Assembly: GCA_041671485.1 (NCBI GenBank)
Contig: JBAZBL010000004.1
Location: 14,445 to 78,444 of the forward strand
DNA length: 64,000 bases
From: Minisyncoccota bacterium
Lineage (GTDB): Bacteria; Patescibacteriota; Minisyncoccia; Phycocordibacterales; PALSA-1337
Direction: 5' to 3'
Shown here one piece after another: positions 36,250 to 45,424 of this stretch; position 1 is the first letter of the stretch, and each line of letters begins with the position of its first letter. Made by a program: the position numbers and the translations under genes. Below the pieces are notes generated by a model, which saw nothing but the letters and a program-made list of their open reading frames with translations, ran no database searches and was not told the origin of the DNA.

Positions 36250-36550
36250 GATACTAGACAAATCTTCTCATCTGTGCTAGGCTTGTTTTTGGACTTAAGT
36301 AACTGTTATGGTATAAACACAGTTGCGCCAAGAGGTTGTTCTTTAATGAGGCCCTGTGTGGCTGGCCAGTGCACAAGATCTGTCGAGAACATTGGTTAAT
36401 AAGTTGGGGTGGATCGGTACTTCCGTGACTCCACTATACCTTAGTTTGCGTTTTGTTACGTGGTATTCGGGACGCAATTCGTTTGGTGAAAACGAGTGTC
36501 AGACCACTGCATACTCTTTTGGAGCGACCTACCATCGCTCCTTTCTTTTT
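36250..36550 (+). ncRNA. Candidate structured ncRNA of unknown class in the ruvC-ruvB gap, ending in an intrinsic terminator
   Basis: 355-nt non-coding gap, GC-enriched relative to the genome, with multiple stems. The GGAGCGAcctaccaTCGCTCC+T9 terminator at 36521-36550 is on the plus strand, convergent with ruvB. Confidence 0.3.
36521..36550 (+). terminator. Intrinsic terminator (also usable by convergent ruvB)
   Basis: 7-bp GC-rich stem, 7-nt loop, TTTCTTTTT tail. Confidence 0.55.
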
Positions 36551-37559
36551 ATAATAGCCTTGCAGCCCCCTTGATACCCAAATGACCATATGCTCTATCG
36601 GTTGCGGTTCGGCCTCTAGGAGTACGCTCTATAAGTCCCAATTGTATCAAATATGGTTCATATACCTCTTCAACGGTTGCTTGTTCTTCAGACAGAGCGG
36701 CTGAGATAGTATTTAATCCGACTGGTCCACCACCAAACTTTTCAATAATTACTCTTAATATCTCTCTATCTGCTCGGGTAAGTCCAAGTGTATCAACACC
36801 AAGCATTGTTAGGGCCTTCTCGACAATGTCTTTGGACAGTGGAACTTTGTTTATTTGCGCATAGTCACGACAGCGCTTCAAATGGAAGTTTGCTGTGCGT
36901 GGTGTGAAGCGTGAACGAATAGATATTTCATCTACAGCGTGTTCGTGAATATCTACATCAAGTATTTTTGCAGAACGACGAACAATATCAGATATTTCTT
37001 CATTGGAATAAAACTCAAGTTTAAATACACCACCAGAAAATCTCGATCGCAAAGGTGCAGATATCATAGCAATCCTAGTTGTTGCGGCGATGAGAGTAAA
37101 TGGTGGCAGATCGAGCTGTATTGTTCTCGCAGAAGGACCTTTGCCTATGATGATGTCTAGAGTTCCAGATTCTAGACAAGGATATAAGATTTCTTCTATT
37201 GCTTTGTTTAGGCGGTGAATTTCGTCTATAAATAATATGTCACCAGCGGACAGGTTTGTTATGATCGCTGCCAGATCGCCAACCTTTAGTATTGCAGGAC
37301 CGGAAGTTATTTTCATTTGCGCACCAGTTTCTCTTGCTATTAGATGGGCAAGGGTAGTCTTACCAAGTCCTGGAGGACCATAAAATAGCATATGTTCTGG
37401 AGGGTGATTGCGCTCTTTTGCTGCGGTCAATAGAATATGAAGATTGTCTTTTATTGATTTTTGACCAATATAGTCATCCCAACGACGAGGACGCAAGGTC
37501 TGGTCGAGGAATCCAGCCTCTTTTTCGGTGGAATCATTGTTTTTTTGGCTTCTTGACAT
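36549..37559 (-). CDS. ruvB: Holliday junction branch migration helicase RuvB
   Basis: AAA+ motifs ([11 protein letters not shown]; DEIHRL) and overall family resemblance. Confidence 0.95.
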   Translation of the reverse strand: MSRSQKNNDSTEKEAGFLDQTLRPRRWDDYIGQKSIKDNLHILLTAAKERNHPPEHMLFYGPPGLGKTTLAHLIARETGAQMKITSGPAILKVGDLAAIITNLSAGDILFIDEIHRLNKAIEEILYPCLESGTLDIIIGKGPSARTIQLDLPPFTLIAATTRIAMISAPLRSRFSGGVFKLEFYSNEEISDIVRRSAKILDVDIHEHAVDEISIRSRFTPRTANFHLKRCRDYAQINKVPLSKDIVEKALTMLGVDTLGLTRADREILRVIIEKFGGGPVGLNTISAALSEEQATVEEVYEPYLIQLGLIERTPRGRTATDRAYGHLGIKGAARLL

Positions 37560-37832
37560 TTCGGTTTGAATATGATAGCATAGTCATAAACGAGCCTGTG
37601 AACCTCTAAGCAATGGCCTTCCGAGGTTTGGGCATGGTGCTAAGGACATTCTGGTTTTCTTTTTTATAAAGAAGTGACTGGAATCATCCTCGGGACCCTG
37701 CCTCGCTTGTCGCATCACGCGACAAGATATTGCTTAGAGATTTATGGGCTCGTTTTCTCTCTTTTGCAACACTAGCGCCACGACAATAAAAAAGCAATTT
37801 TTTCTGTGGATTACTTTTATGATATATTGGAT

Positions 37833-38165
37833 CTAGTGATAATCTAAACCTTTTACTCCAGAGGAATGGAGTTGTTTTGTGTAATCACTCCTGATATCTT
37901 CAAGTTTTGTGTGCATTTTTACTTGTTCAAGCCTGATCCGATTTATTTCAGACTTCAGTTTTGGTATATCTCTATTATTTTCTGAAATTTTACGTTTATT
38001 ATCATCTATTTTTCTTTGAAAATCTCTATTTTCTTGCTCTAATTTTGTATTTAGAGCCTCTTTTTCTTTTAATTCCATTTCTTTTGCCTTCATTTCACCA
38101 GTTTCTTTTTGCATTTGTGCTTCAAGTTCCTTTAATGCACTAGCAAGATCTTTTGTATTTAACAT
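37833..38165 (-). CDS. Hypothetical coiled-coil protein downstream of pilB
   Basis: 110 aa, Glu/Lys-rich heptad-like sequence. Confidence 0.35.
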   Translation of the reverse strand: MLNTKDLASALKELEAQMQKETGEMKAKEMELKEKEALNTKLEQENRDFQRKIDDNKRKISENNRDIPKLKSEINRIRLEQVKMHTKLEDIRSDYTKQLHSSGVKGLDYH

Positions 38166-38195
38166 ATTGATTAGAATTAATTTGAAATTAATTGA

Positions 38196-39869
38196 TTAAT
38201 CTTGTAATGATATAACCCTCTCCAATTCTTCTAGTGAAGTCACTCCTTGAAGTACTTTTACTATACCATCTTGTCTCATTGTCATTATTCCCTGACCTTT
38301 TGCTGCAAGCCATATTTCACGATCGCTAGAATTTGCTTCTACTACATCCTCTATATTTCTATTCATGATAATTGCTTCATATATACCAATGCGACCTTTA
38401 TAACCAGTGTGATTGCATTTGTCGCAACTGCCAGGCATCCACATTTTTGAGCGATCAATGGGTACTGCTGATTTGTCTTCTATAGACTCTATAATAGATT
38501 CGATATTTTGTTTTTGATTTTCTTCTACGGCCACCTCTTTCTTGCATTCACTACACAACACTCTGACCAAGCGTTGTGCCATAGATACACGCAGAGCAGA
38601 TGGAATAATGTTTGAACTAACACCAAGCTCTATAAGACGTGGGAAGGTACCTGCAGCATCGTTTGTGTGCAATGTAGAGAATACCAAGTGACCAGTAAGG
38701 GCAGAATTGACTGCAATATTTGCAGTTTCTCCGTCTCTTATTTCACCAACCATTATTATATCTGGATCCTGACGAACTGCCGCGCGCAGGCCCTCTAAGA
38801 AATTGTAACCCTTGTCATTAACTTGTGTTTGGACAATACCAGGCAAATGATATTCGATAGGGTCTTCTATGGTAATTATTTTTACTTCTGGATTGTGAAC
38901 CTTTTTCAGAAATGCATAAAGCATTGTAGTTTTGCCAGAACCAGTTGGACCAGTAGTTAATATCATTCCGTCTGGACGAGAGATTTCTTCTAGGAGAATG
39001 TCTAGTAATTTCTTATTGATACCCATTTCTTCGAGAGGAATGCTTATTGATTTTGGATTTAGCAATCGTAAAACTATTGATTCATTGTATGCTCCGGGCA
39101 AGATCGATGCACGAACCTCCATATCTCCATCTGTTAGCCGGATACTAAATCTTCCGTCTTGTGAATCTTTCTTTATATTCAATTTCATTCCCGACAGAAG
39201 TTTTATCCTAGAAAGGAGCAAGTTATATGTTTCAAGATCAAATCTTATAATATCTTGTAGCACGCCGTCCAGACGATATCTTAGACGAATGTAGCCTTCT
39301 TCTGGCTCCAAATGAACGTCAGATGCATTGACTGCAAGTGCTCCGGCCAAGACTGTTTCCAATATACGAGAAACTCTATAGCTTTTCTTGGCAGAAATAG
39401 TATTTTCTAGTATTGAAATAATACTAGGTAGGCTTTTGGCTTGTTCGATGATGGAAGCAATATCTTCACTAGATATTTCGAGCGAGCCGGCCTTGCTAAC
39501 ATATGCAAAAGAAAGATCTTTATACATTCCCCAAGCCTTTTCCAAGCCCTGTGTTGATGTAATATATATTATCGGCTCATAATTCTTGCTCTTCAGATCA
39601 TTCACAACAGCATTTACTTTTTCATCGTCTGGATTTCTAGCCGCAATCTTTATTTTTTTGTCTATAAGTGCAAATCCTGCTACTTTTGCGTCGCGAGCAA
39701 CTTGTTCGGGGATCAGTCTTATTGCGTCAAGATTTATAGGATTGCCCAATAGATTTATATATTCTACTCCGTACTTTACTCCGAGAATTTGCACCAAATC
39801 ATCCTCCTCTTTTCTGTGAATCTCATCTAATTTGCGATTTTGTTTGTCCTCATCAAAAGTGATTGTCAT
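38196..39869 (-). CDS. pilB: Type IV pilus assembly ATPase PilB (GspE family)
   Basis: Walker A (GPTGSGKTT), Asp box, His box and the tetracysteine CSEC...CDKC motif. Confidence 0.9.
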   Translation of the reverse strand: MTITFDEDKQNRKLDEIHRKEEDDLVQILGVKYGVEYINLLGNPINLDAIRLIPEQVARDAKVAGFALIDKKIKIAARNPDDEKVNAVVNDLKSKNYEPIIYITSTQGLEKAWGMYKDLSFAYVSKAGSLEISSEDIASIIEQAKSLPSIISILENTISAKKSYRVSRILETVLAGALAVNASDVHLEPEEGYIRLRYRLDGVLQDIIRFDLETYNLLLSRIKLLSGMKLNIKKDSQDGRFSIRLTDGDMEVRASILPGAYNESIVLRLLNPKSISIPLEEMGINKKLLDILLEEISRPDGMILTTGPTGSGKTTMLYAFLKKVHNPEVKIITIEDPIEYHLPGIVQTQVNDKGYNFLEGLRAAVRQDPDIIMVGEIRDGETANIAVNSALTGHLVFSTLHTNDAAGTFPRLIELGVSSNIIPSALRVSMAQRLVRVLCSECKKEVAVEENQKQNIESIIESIEDKSAVPIDRSKMWMPGSCDKCNHTGYKGRIGIYEAIIMNRNIEDVVEANSSDREIWLAAKGQGIMTMRQDGIVKVLQGVTSLEELERVISLQD

Positions 39870-39914
39870 ATTGATATTATTATATCAGAAAAAGATATAT
39901 AGGTCAGAGACCTA

Positions 39915-39937
39915 TACGGAGGTCTGACCTCCGTGTA
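39915..39937. repeat. Palindrome tacggaggtctgacctccgtgta, twin of the rsmE-internal copy, 10 nt upstream of the polA ATG. It is preceded by a second palindrome, aggtcagagacct
   Basis: Direct reading; reverse complement of 6657-6677. Confidence 0.8.
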
Positions 39938-39947
39938 GAATAATGAT

Positions 39948-42521
39948 ATGGATAAAAATAATGATCGAAATAGACTAGTTCTTCTAGATGTACATGCAAT
40001 ATTACATCGTGCATATCATGCTTTACCAGACTTCATGACAGCGAAAGGTGAGCCAACAGGAGCATTATATGGTCTTTCTTCTATGCTTATCAAGATTATT
40101 GACGATTTGAAGCCAGACTATCTCATAGCTTGCTATGATGTAAAAGGTCCAACTCATAGGCATGAATTGTATAAAGCTTATAAAGCCGACAGGAAAAAGG
40201 CTGAAGATGATCTCATAAAGCAGATAATCAAGTCTCGCGAAGTATTCATTTCTCTCAATATTCCTATATATGATAAACAAGGCTTTGAAGCGGATGATAT
40301 TTTGGGGACGATCGTTGAGAAGATCAAAAATCAAAAATCAAAAATAAAAGATAAAGGACAGAACGCGGGATTAGAAATAATTATTGCATCGGGAGATATG
40401 GATACGATGCAATTGGTAAAAGGGGATGATGTAAAAGTATATACTCTCAAAAAGGGTATAAATGACACAATTATTTATAATGAAAATGCTGTAAATAAAA
40501 GATTTGGTTTTGGTCCAGAATTGATACCAGATTACAAAGGATTGCGCGGAGATCCGTCTGACAATATTCCCGGTATCAAAGGAATTGGTGAAAAGACAGC
40601 AACTATACTTATTCAAAGATTTGGAAAGATTGAAAATATATTTCATGAATTGGAATTGGGTCATAAAGAAGAATTTGAGAAAATTGGTATTACACCTAGA
40701 ATGATAAAGATTATCGAGGAGAATAAAGAAGAAGCGGAATTTAGCAAAATGCTTGCCACGATAAATAAAGATGTGCCTATAGATTTTGAATTACCCACCA
40801 AAACATTCAAAGAAAATATTGATTCGAAGAAAATAGGGGATCTGTGGCGCGAATTAGAATTTAGAACATTGCCACAGAGGTTTGAGAAAGTTATTGGGGG
40901 ACTGTTTACAGGACGAAACCTTGAAGATATGGTTCCTTCACCCACTTCGCCCCGCGACTCCGCAAATATGGCTTCCTCACCCACGATCGGCCTCGCCGAC
41001 ACTGACAAAACGCTCGGCGAGGCCGTCTTTTCTCGGCGGGGATTGTCGGGCGATAGAACTATTGGTCTCCACCCCGCCTCCGAAGAGGGTTCGGAAGCCA
41101 TATTTGCGGAGTCGCGGGGCGAAAACGACAAATCATTCAAACAAACAGCAATTGCATTGTGGCTTCTGAATTCGAATACTACGAATCCAAAAATGGAAGA
41201 TGTGTTAAATTTTGCAGGCACAAATGATTTTGATCAAGCTAGTAAGATCATATTCAAAGAAATAGATCAAAAGGGATTGAGAAAAGTTTATGATGATATA
41301 GAATTGCCACTTATCGACACAATAGACAAGATGGAAAAGAGAGGAATCAAAATTAATAAGAGTATATTCGGAGAATTATCAAAAAAATATCATATAGAAC
41401 TTGAAATTCTAGAGAAAAAAATATGGGATATTGCTGGGTGTGAATTTAATATCAATTCACCCAAACAATTGGGAGAACTATTGTTCGATAAACTTGGTCT
41501 CAAGATAAAAAATGCAAAGAAAACAGGAGGAGGAGCGCGCTCTACGAGAGAATCAGAATTGGAAAAGATGGTGGATATGCATCCGATAATTAATTTTATA
41601 TTCCAATATCGTGAATTAGCAAAATTATTGTCTACATATATTGATGCAATACCACCACTTTTGGATGCAAATAACAGATTGCATACACATTTCTTGCAAA
41701 CAGGCACGACAACTGGACGAATGGCATCGCAAGATCCAAATATGCAGAATATTCCTATTAGATCGGACTATGGTAAAGCGATAAGAAAAGGGTTTGTTGC
41801 GGAAGAGGGTTTTAAATTAGTCGCTTTTGATTATTCACAGATGGAATTACGAATATCAGCATTTCTTTCTCTGGATGAAAAATTGATTGAAATATTCAGA
41901 AACGGAGAAGACGTACATACTTCTGTGGCATCTTTTGTATTTGGTGTTGATCATTCAAGTGTTACTAAAGAGATGAGGAGAAAAGCAAAAGTAATTAATT
42001 TTGGAATTTTGTATGGTATGGGAGTAAATGCATTGAAACAAAATTTAAAGACGAGCAAAGAAGAAGCACAAAAATTCATGGATGATTATTTCAGAACATT
42101 CAGTGGACTTGCAAGCTATATAGATAAAGTAAAAAGTGAAACTGCCAATCGTGGTTATACAGAGACATTTTTTGGACGCAGGAGATATTTCGAAGGTATA
42201 AAATCTAGAATTCCATATATCAAAGCGCAAGCCGAGCGTATGGCCATAAATGCACCCATTCAAGGCACAGAAGCAGATGTGATAAAGCTTGCAATGGTAA
42301 AAATAGAAGAATATTTTAGGCGTGAGGATATAGAGAATGATGCATTTCTCTTGCTTCAAGTGCATGATGAACTCATATGTGAGGTAAAAGAAGATATTAG
42401 AGAGAAAGTTTCTAGGGACATTAAAAATATCATGGAATCTATAATAGATCCAAAAGATATTTCTGGAATTGTTTTGTCTGTTGAGGTGGCGATCGGCAAT
42501 GATTGGGGAGAACTCAAATGA
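39948..42521 (+). CDS. polA: DNA polymerase I (5'-3' exonuclease plus polymerase domains), carrying a 174-nt in-frame GC-rich palindromic element
   Basis: N-terminal FEN/5'-nuclease motifs (LLDVHAILHRAYHA; EADD) and C-terminal pol motifs A/B/C (DYSQMELR; KAKVINFGILYG; QVHDEL). Confidence 0.9.
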   Translation: MDKNNDRNRLVLLDVHAILHRAYHALPDFMTAKGEPTGALYGLSSMLIKIIDDLKPDYLIACYDVKGPTHRHELYKAYKADRKKAEDDLIKQIIKSREVFISLNIPIYDKQGFEADDILGTIVEKIKNQKSKIKDKGQNAGLEIIIASGDMDTMQLVKGDDVKVYTLKKGINDTIIYNENAVNKRFGFGPELIPDYKGLRGDPSDNIPGIKGIGEKTATILIQRFGKIENIFHELELGHKEEFEKIGITPRMIKIIEENKEEAEFSKMLATINKDVPIDFELPTKTFKENIDSKKIGDLWRELEFRTLPQRFEKVIGGLFTGRNLEDMVPSPTSPRDSANMASSPTIGLADTDKTLGEAVFSRRGLSGDRTIGLHPASEEGSEAIFAESRGENDKSFKQTAIALWLLNSNTTNPKMEDVLNFAGTNDFDQASKIIFKEIDQKGLRKVYDDIELPLIDTIDKMEKRGIKINKSIFGELSKKYHIELEILEKKIWDIAGCEFNINSPKQLGELLFDKLGLKIKNAKKTGGGARSTRESELEKMVDMHPIINFIFQYRELAKLLSTYIDAIPPLLDANNRLHTHFLQTGTTTGRMASQDPNMQNIPIRSDYGKAIRKGFVAEEGFKLVAFDYSQMELRISAFLSLDEKLIEIFRNGEDVHTSVASFVFGVDHSSVTKEMRRKAKVINFGILYGMGVNALKQNLKTSKEEAQKFMDDYFRTFSGLASYIDKVKSETANRGYTETFFGRRRYFEGIKSRIPYIKAQAERMAINAPIQGTEADVIKLAMVKIEEYFRREDIENDAFLLLQVHDELICEVKEDIREKVSRDIKNIMESIIDPKDISGIVLSVEVAIGNDWGELK
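40948..41121. mobile_element. 174-nt GC-rich element with perfect 29-bp terminal inverted repeats, in-frame within polA (RPE/MITE-like)
   Basis: Left arm cgccccgcgactccgcaaatatggcttcc (40948-40976) is the exact reverse complement of the right arm (41093-41121). The length is a multiple of three and inner palindromes are present. Confidence 0.7.
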
Positions 42522-42979
42522 AAAACACCGTTTCAAATTCACTCGAAGAAACACAAAACATTGCCAGAAAATGGTTATTGTCAATTTCTGATAATTCAAA
42601 TAATACCGAAGCTGTAATTATCGGCCTTTTGGGCCACCTCGGATCTGGGAAAACCACATTTACGCAAGCAATTGCAAAAGAATTGGGAATTGAAGACCAT
42701 GTTACAAGTCCAACATTTGTGATTATGAAAACATATGAGACCAAGAATAAAAGATTTCCAAGACTTGTTCATATAGATGCATATAGACTTGAGTTTGGTC
42801 GAGAATTGGAAGTATTGGATTTCGAAGAAGTTGTATCAAACCCTAATAATTTGGTTTTGATAGAGTGGGCAGATAATGTCAAAGAAATATTGCCAGTTAA
42901 TGTGAGGTTTATTGAATTTGAAGCAATTGGAGAAAATGAACGCAGTATAAAGTTTATTTCAAATAGTATATTTGAGTAG
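42518..42979 (+). CDS. tsaE: tRNA threonylcarbamoyladenosine biosynthesis protein TsaE
   Basis: P-loop GHLGSGKTTF plus the TSPTF motif. The ATG overlaps the polA stop (ATGA). Confidence 0.75.
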   Translation: MKNTVSNSLEETQNIARKWLLSISDNSNNTEAVIIGLLGHLGSGKTTFTQAIAKELGIEDHVTSPTFVIMKTYETKNKRFPRLVHIDAYRLEFGRELEVLDFEEVVSNPNNLVLIEWADNVKEILPVNVRFIEFEAIGENERSIKFISNSIFE

Positions 42980-42993
42980 TTTCTATAAATATT

Positions 42994-43737
42994 ATGCTTT
43001 ATGTTTTTTTTGGTTCAAATATTGGGGTTAATGCGAAAAAAGCGCATTCACTTCTTGCATCTTTGAGGGACAAAAGACCTGATGCTGCATTTATATCCAT
43101 TGATGCAGATAGTTGGAGTGTGCAATTGATAGAAGAAAATTTGGGTGGACAAGGACTCTTTTCTAGTAAATATATAATATTTCTTGATCGCATCACAGAA
43201 AATGCAGAAGCAAAAGAAAAAATCCTTGACTTTATTCCTGCCATGAATGAATCTGCGAATATTTTCATTGTCTTGGAAGGAAAGCTGAATGCAGAACTAA
43301 AGAAATCATTTGAAAAGCATGCAGAGAAAATCGTTGAATCGTCTGATGACGGAGATGGTGCTTCGATGAAAGGGGAAGAATTGAATATCTTCACTCTCGC
43401 AGATGCCTTTGGTGCAAGAGACCCTATACGGTCATGGTCAATATATCGTAATGCAATTGATATTGGCATACCTGTAGAAAGTATTGTTGGTACGCTGTTT
43501 TGGCAGATAAAGTCTATGATCATAGCTTCAAAGACCAAGAATGCAGGAGAAGCGGGTTTGAATCCATTTGTTTTTGGCAAATCAAAGAGATATGCAACAA
43601 ATTTTTCGGACAGGGAATTGCAGAAATTATCGAGAGACCTTGTAGTTTTGTATCATGAAGGTCATAGTGGCACCGTAGATATTGAGATTGATTTAGAAAA
43701 GATGCTTCTTTCACTCAAACAAGATAGAACAAAATAA
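42994..43737 (+). CDS. Possible DNA polymerase III delta subunit (HolA-like), short form
   Basis: Weak resemblance to the HolA N-terminal and middle domains; low certainty. Confidence 0.35.
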   Translation: MLYVFFGSNIGVNAKKAHSLLASLRDKRPDAAFISIDADSWSVQLIEENLGGQGLFSSKYIIFLDRITENAEAKEKILDFIPAMNESANIFIVLEGKLNAELKKSFEKHAEKIVESSDDGDGASMKGEELNIFTLADAFGARDPIRSWSIYRNAIDIGIPVESIVGTLFWQIKSMIIASKTKNAGEAGLNPFVFGKSKRYATNFSDRELQKLSRDLVVLYHEGHSGTVDIEIDLEKMLLSLKQDRTK

Positions 43738-43775
43738 TTGTCAACAAAGCCAGCTTGATGTATCATCTTAATCAT

Positions 43776-43849
43776 GCGCCCATAGCTCAGCCTGGTAGAG
43801 CACCTGCCTTTTAAGCAGAGGGTCGAAGGTTCAAATCCTTCTGGGCGCA
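43776..43849 (+). tRNA. tRNA-Lys (anticodon UUU)
   Basis: Acceptor GCGCCCA/TGGGCGC, D-arm GCTC...GAGC, anticodon loop CTTTTAA, T-arm GAAGGTTCAAATCCTTC, discriminator A; CCA is not encoded. Confidence 0.85.
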
Positions 43850-45424
43850 CCCTTCGCTAGATTTTATAAACATGTTGGAAGCTATAGGTTTCTTCGTATT
43901 TTGGCTTTTTTGTGATGCATGTTCTAGCTTCAAAAGTTGGTCAAAAAGTAGGGAGGGATTTGATTTTATTATAAGTCCATCGGTAACTTGGAAATTGTTC
44001 CAAAAGAATCCGAGATATTGTCTTTTGAGAGCGTCTGAAGCTTTTTGATATGCGTCATAAATATTTCTTGTGAGGTTCAGGATTTCTTGGGCAATATCGA
44101 CATTCACATTCTTCTGTTTCTCAAGTTCTATCAATCTATCGTCTATGTTTTGGATTTCTTGGTCTATTTCGGTCTTTACTCTCGTGAAGTCATTATCGGA
44201 AATGATATTTGAAAATAACTTTTCCTCCGCCACCTTTCTTTTGATTTCATAAGCCGTTCGTTGATTGATACATTCCTTTCTTCTGCTGTCATACGCCTTG
44301 CGCCGTTCATAGAAGATAACTTTTGCTTTGCTTATTACCATATCAATGAATGTTTGGCTGAATTCTATGGTCTTGAATTTCTCCGCGACCATGTCTTCTA
44401 GCTTGCCGACTTCAATGTATTTGCCACAACCCGACTGATTGGTGCAATGATAGTATGCTTTGCTCTTATTCAAATGCCATTCTGCGGAGTAACGACATTC
44501 ATGTGTATAACAACGGATGAAACCGCTCAAAAGCCAAGAGTATTTCCTCCTACGACAAGCGTGTTTGTTTTTCGCCATGATTACTTCTTGCACCTTGTTG
44601 AATAACTCCTCGCTTATAAGAGGTTCATGCTTTCCAATTTTGATGTGAATATCGCTCCAATGTACTTCGCCAATGAAAAACCTATTTTTCAGTGTGTTAT
44701 AGAGCTGGGCGTCAGATCGTTTACCACCATGTTTTGTCTGTAACCCTTTCTCAAACATAATGTCGTTTAGTTCGTAAACATTGTAATTGCCCGTTGCGTA
44801 CAGTTTGAACGCTTCCTTGACCAATGGTCCGTCATGTGGGTCAACGATAATACTTTTCTGACCAAAACGTCCGATAGATAAATTGGGGGTGCTGACATTT
44901 TTGTAGCCGACTGGAGCCATGCAAGGGTAGTAGCCCGCTTTGGCTTTTTCTTTCATTGTCATACTCACTTTTTCGGAAGTAATATCTCTATGAAATTGAT
45001 TCATTGACGCCATGACAGTGCCGACCATTTTGGAAGTCGCGGAATCATCCATATCTGGTTGCTGAATACACTTAACCAACACCCCATTTTTACGGAACAA
45101 ATCCATGAGGTTGAGATGGTCTAGGGTGTTACGAGCCAATCGGTCGCTGTGGACGACATAGATAGCGCCGATAGACTTTGCCAAGACAAGTTTGATGACT
45201 TGCTGAATGCCTGGTCTTTTCAAAGTACCAGCACTTTTGCCTTCATCTTTTATAACTTCTAATATTGAATATCCGTCATTTGTAGCGTCTTCGGTACAAA
45301 TATTTTCCTGTGATTCAATCGAAAGTCCTGTACTAGCTTGGTCATCAGTAGAAACACGGCAGTAAATTACTGCAGTCTTTTTGACGGCTTCTGATTGGTT
45401 TTCAACTCTTTGTATTGGTGTCAT
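43811..45424 (-). CDS. Large serine recombinase (resolvase/invertase N-domain, recombinase domain, zinc ribbon, coiled coil)
   Basis: N-terminal catalytic-Ser region (AVIYCRVSTDDQ) and a long C-terminal extension. The last 13 codons run antisense across the tRNA-Lys 3' half. Confidence 0.85.
   Translation of the reverse strand: MTPIQRVENQSEAVKKTAVIYCRVSTDDQASTGLSIESQENICTEDATNDGYSILEVIKDEGKSAGTLKRPGIQQVIKLVLAKSIGAIYVVHSDRLARNTLDHLNLMDLFRKNGVLVKCIQQPDMDDSATSKMVGTVMASMNQFHRDITSEKVSMTMKEKAKAGYYPCMAPVGYKNVSTPNLSIGRFGQKSIIVDPHDGPLVKEAFKLYATGNYNVYELNDIMFEKGLQTKHGGKRSDAQLYNTLKNRFFIGEVHWSDIHIKIGKHEPLISEELFNKVQEVIMAKNKHACRRRKYSWLLSGFIRCYTHECRYSAEWHLNKSKAYYHCTNQSGCGKYIEVGKLEDMVAEKFKTIEFSQTFIDMVISKAKVIFYERRKAYDSRRKECINQRTAYEIKRKVAEEKLFSNIISDNDFTRVKTEIDQEIQNIDDRLIELEKQKNVNVDIAQEILNLTRNIYDAYQKASDALKRQYLGFFWNNFQVTDGLIIKSNPSLLFDQLLKLEHASQKSQNTKKPIASNMFIKSSEGCAQKDLNLRPSA

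Noticed and set aside
36194-36548. Possible ruvA pseudogene in the ruvC-ruvB gap
   Set aside because: An intact ruvA is present at 62899-63492, the gap has no RuvA-like translation in any frame, and its GC-rich stem-loop content points to a structured RNA instead.
36250-36550. Assignment of the ruvC-ruvB gap RNA as RNase P RNA
   Set aside because: RNase-P-like fragments (CCAGUGCA, ACUCCAC, GGUGAAA) are present, but in an order inconsistent with the RNase P secondary structure, and the P4 AAGUCCG/CR-V pair is missing. The 54620-54910 region fits better.
40661-41221. 186-aa minus-strand ORF antisense to polA
   Set aside because: It exists only because the palindromic 174-nt element reads similarly on both strands (SPRDSANMAS..., FAESRGE on both). 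It lies entirely inside the well-supported polA frame.
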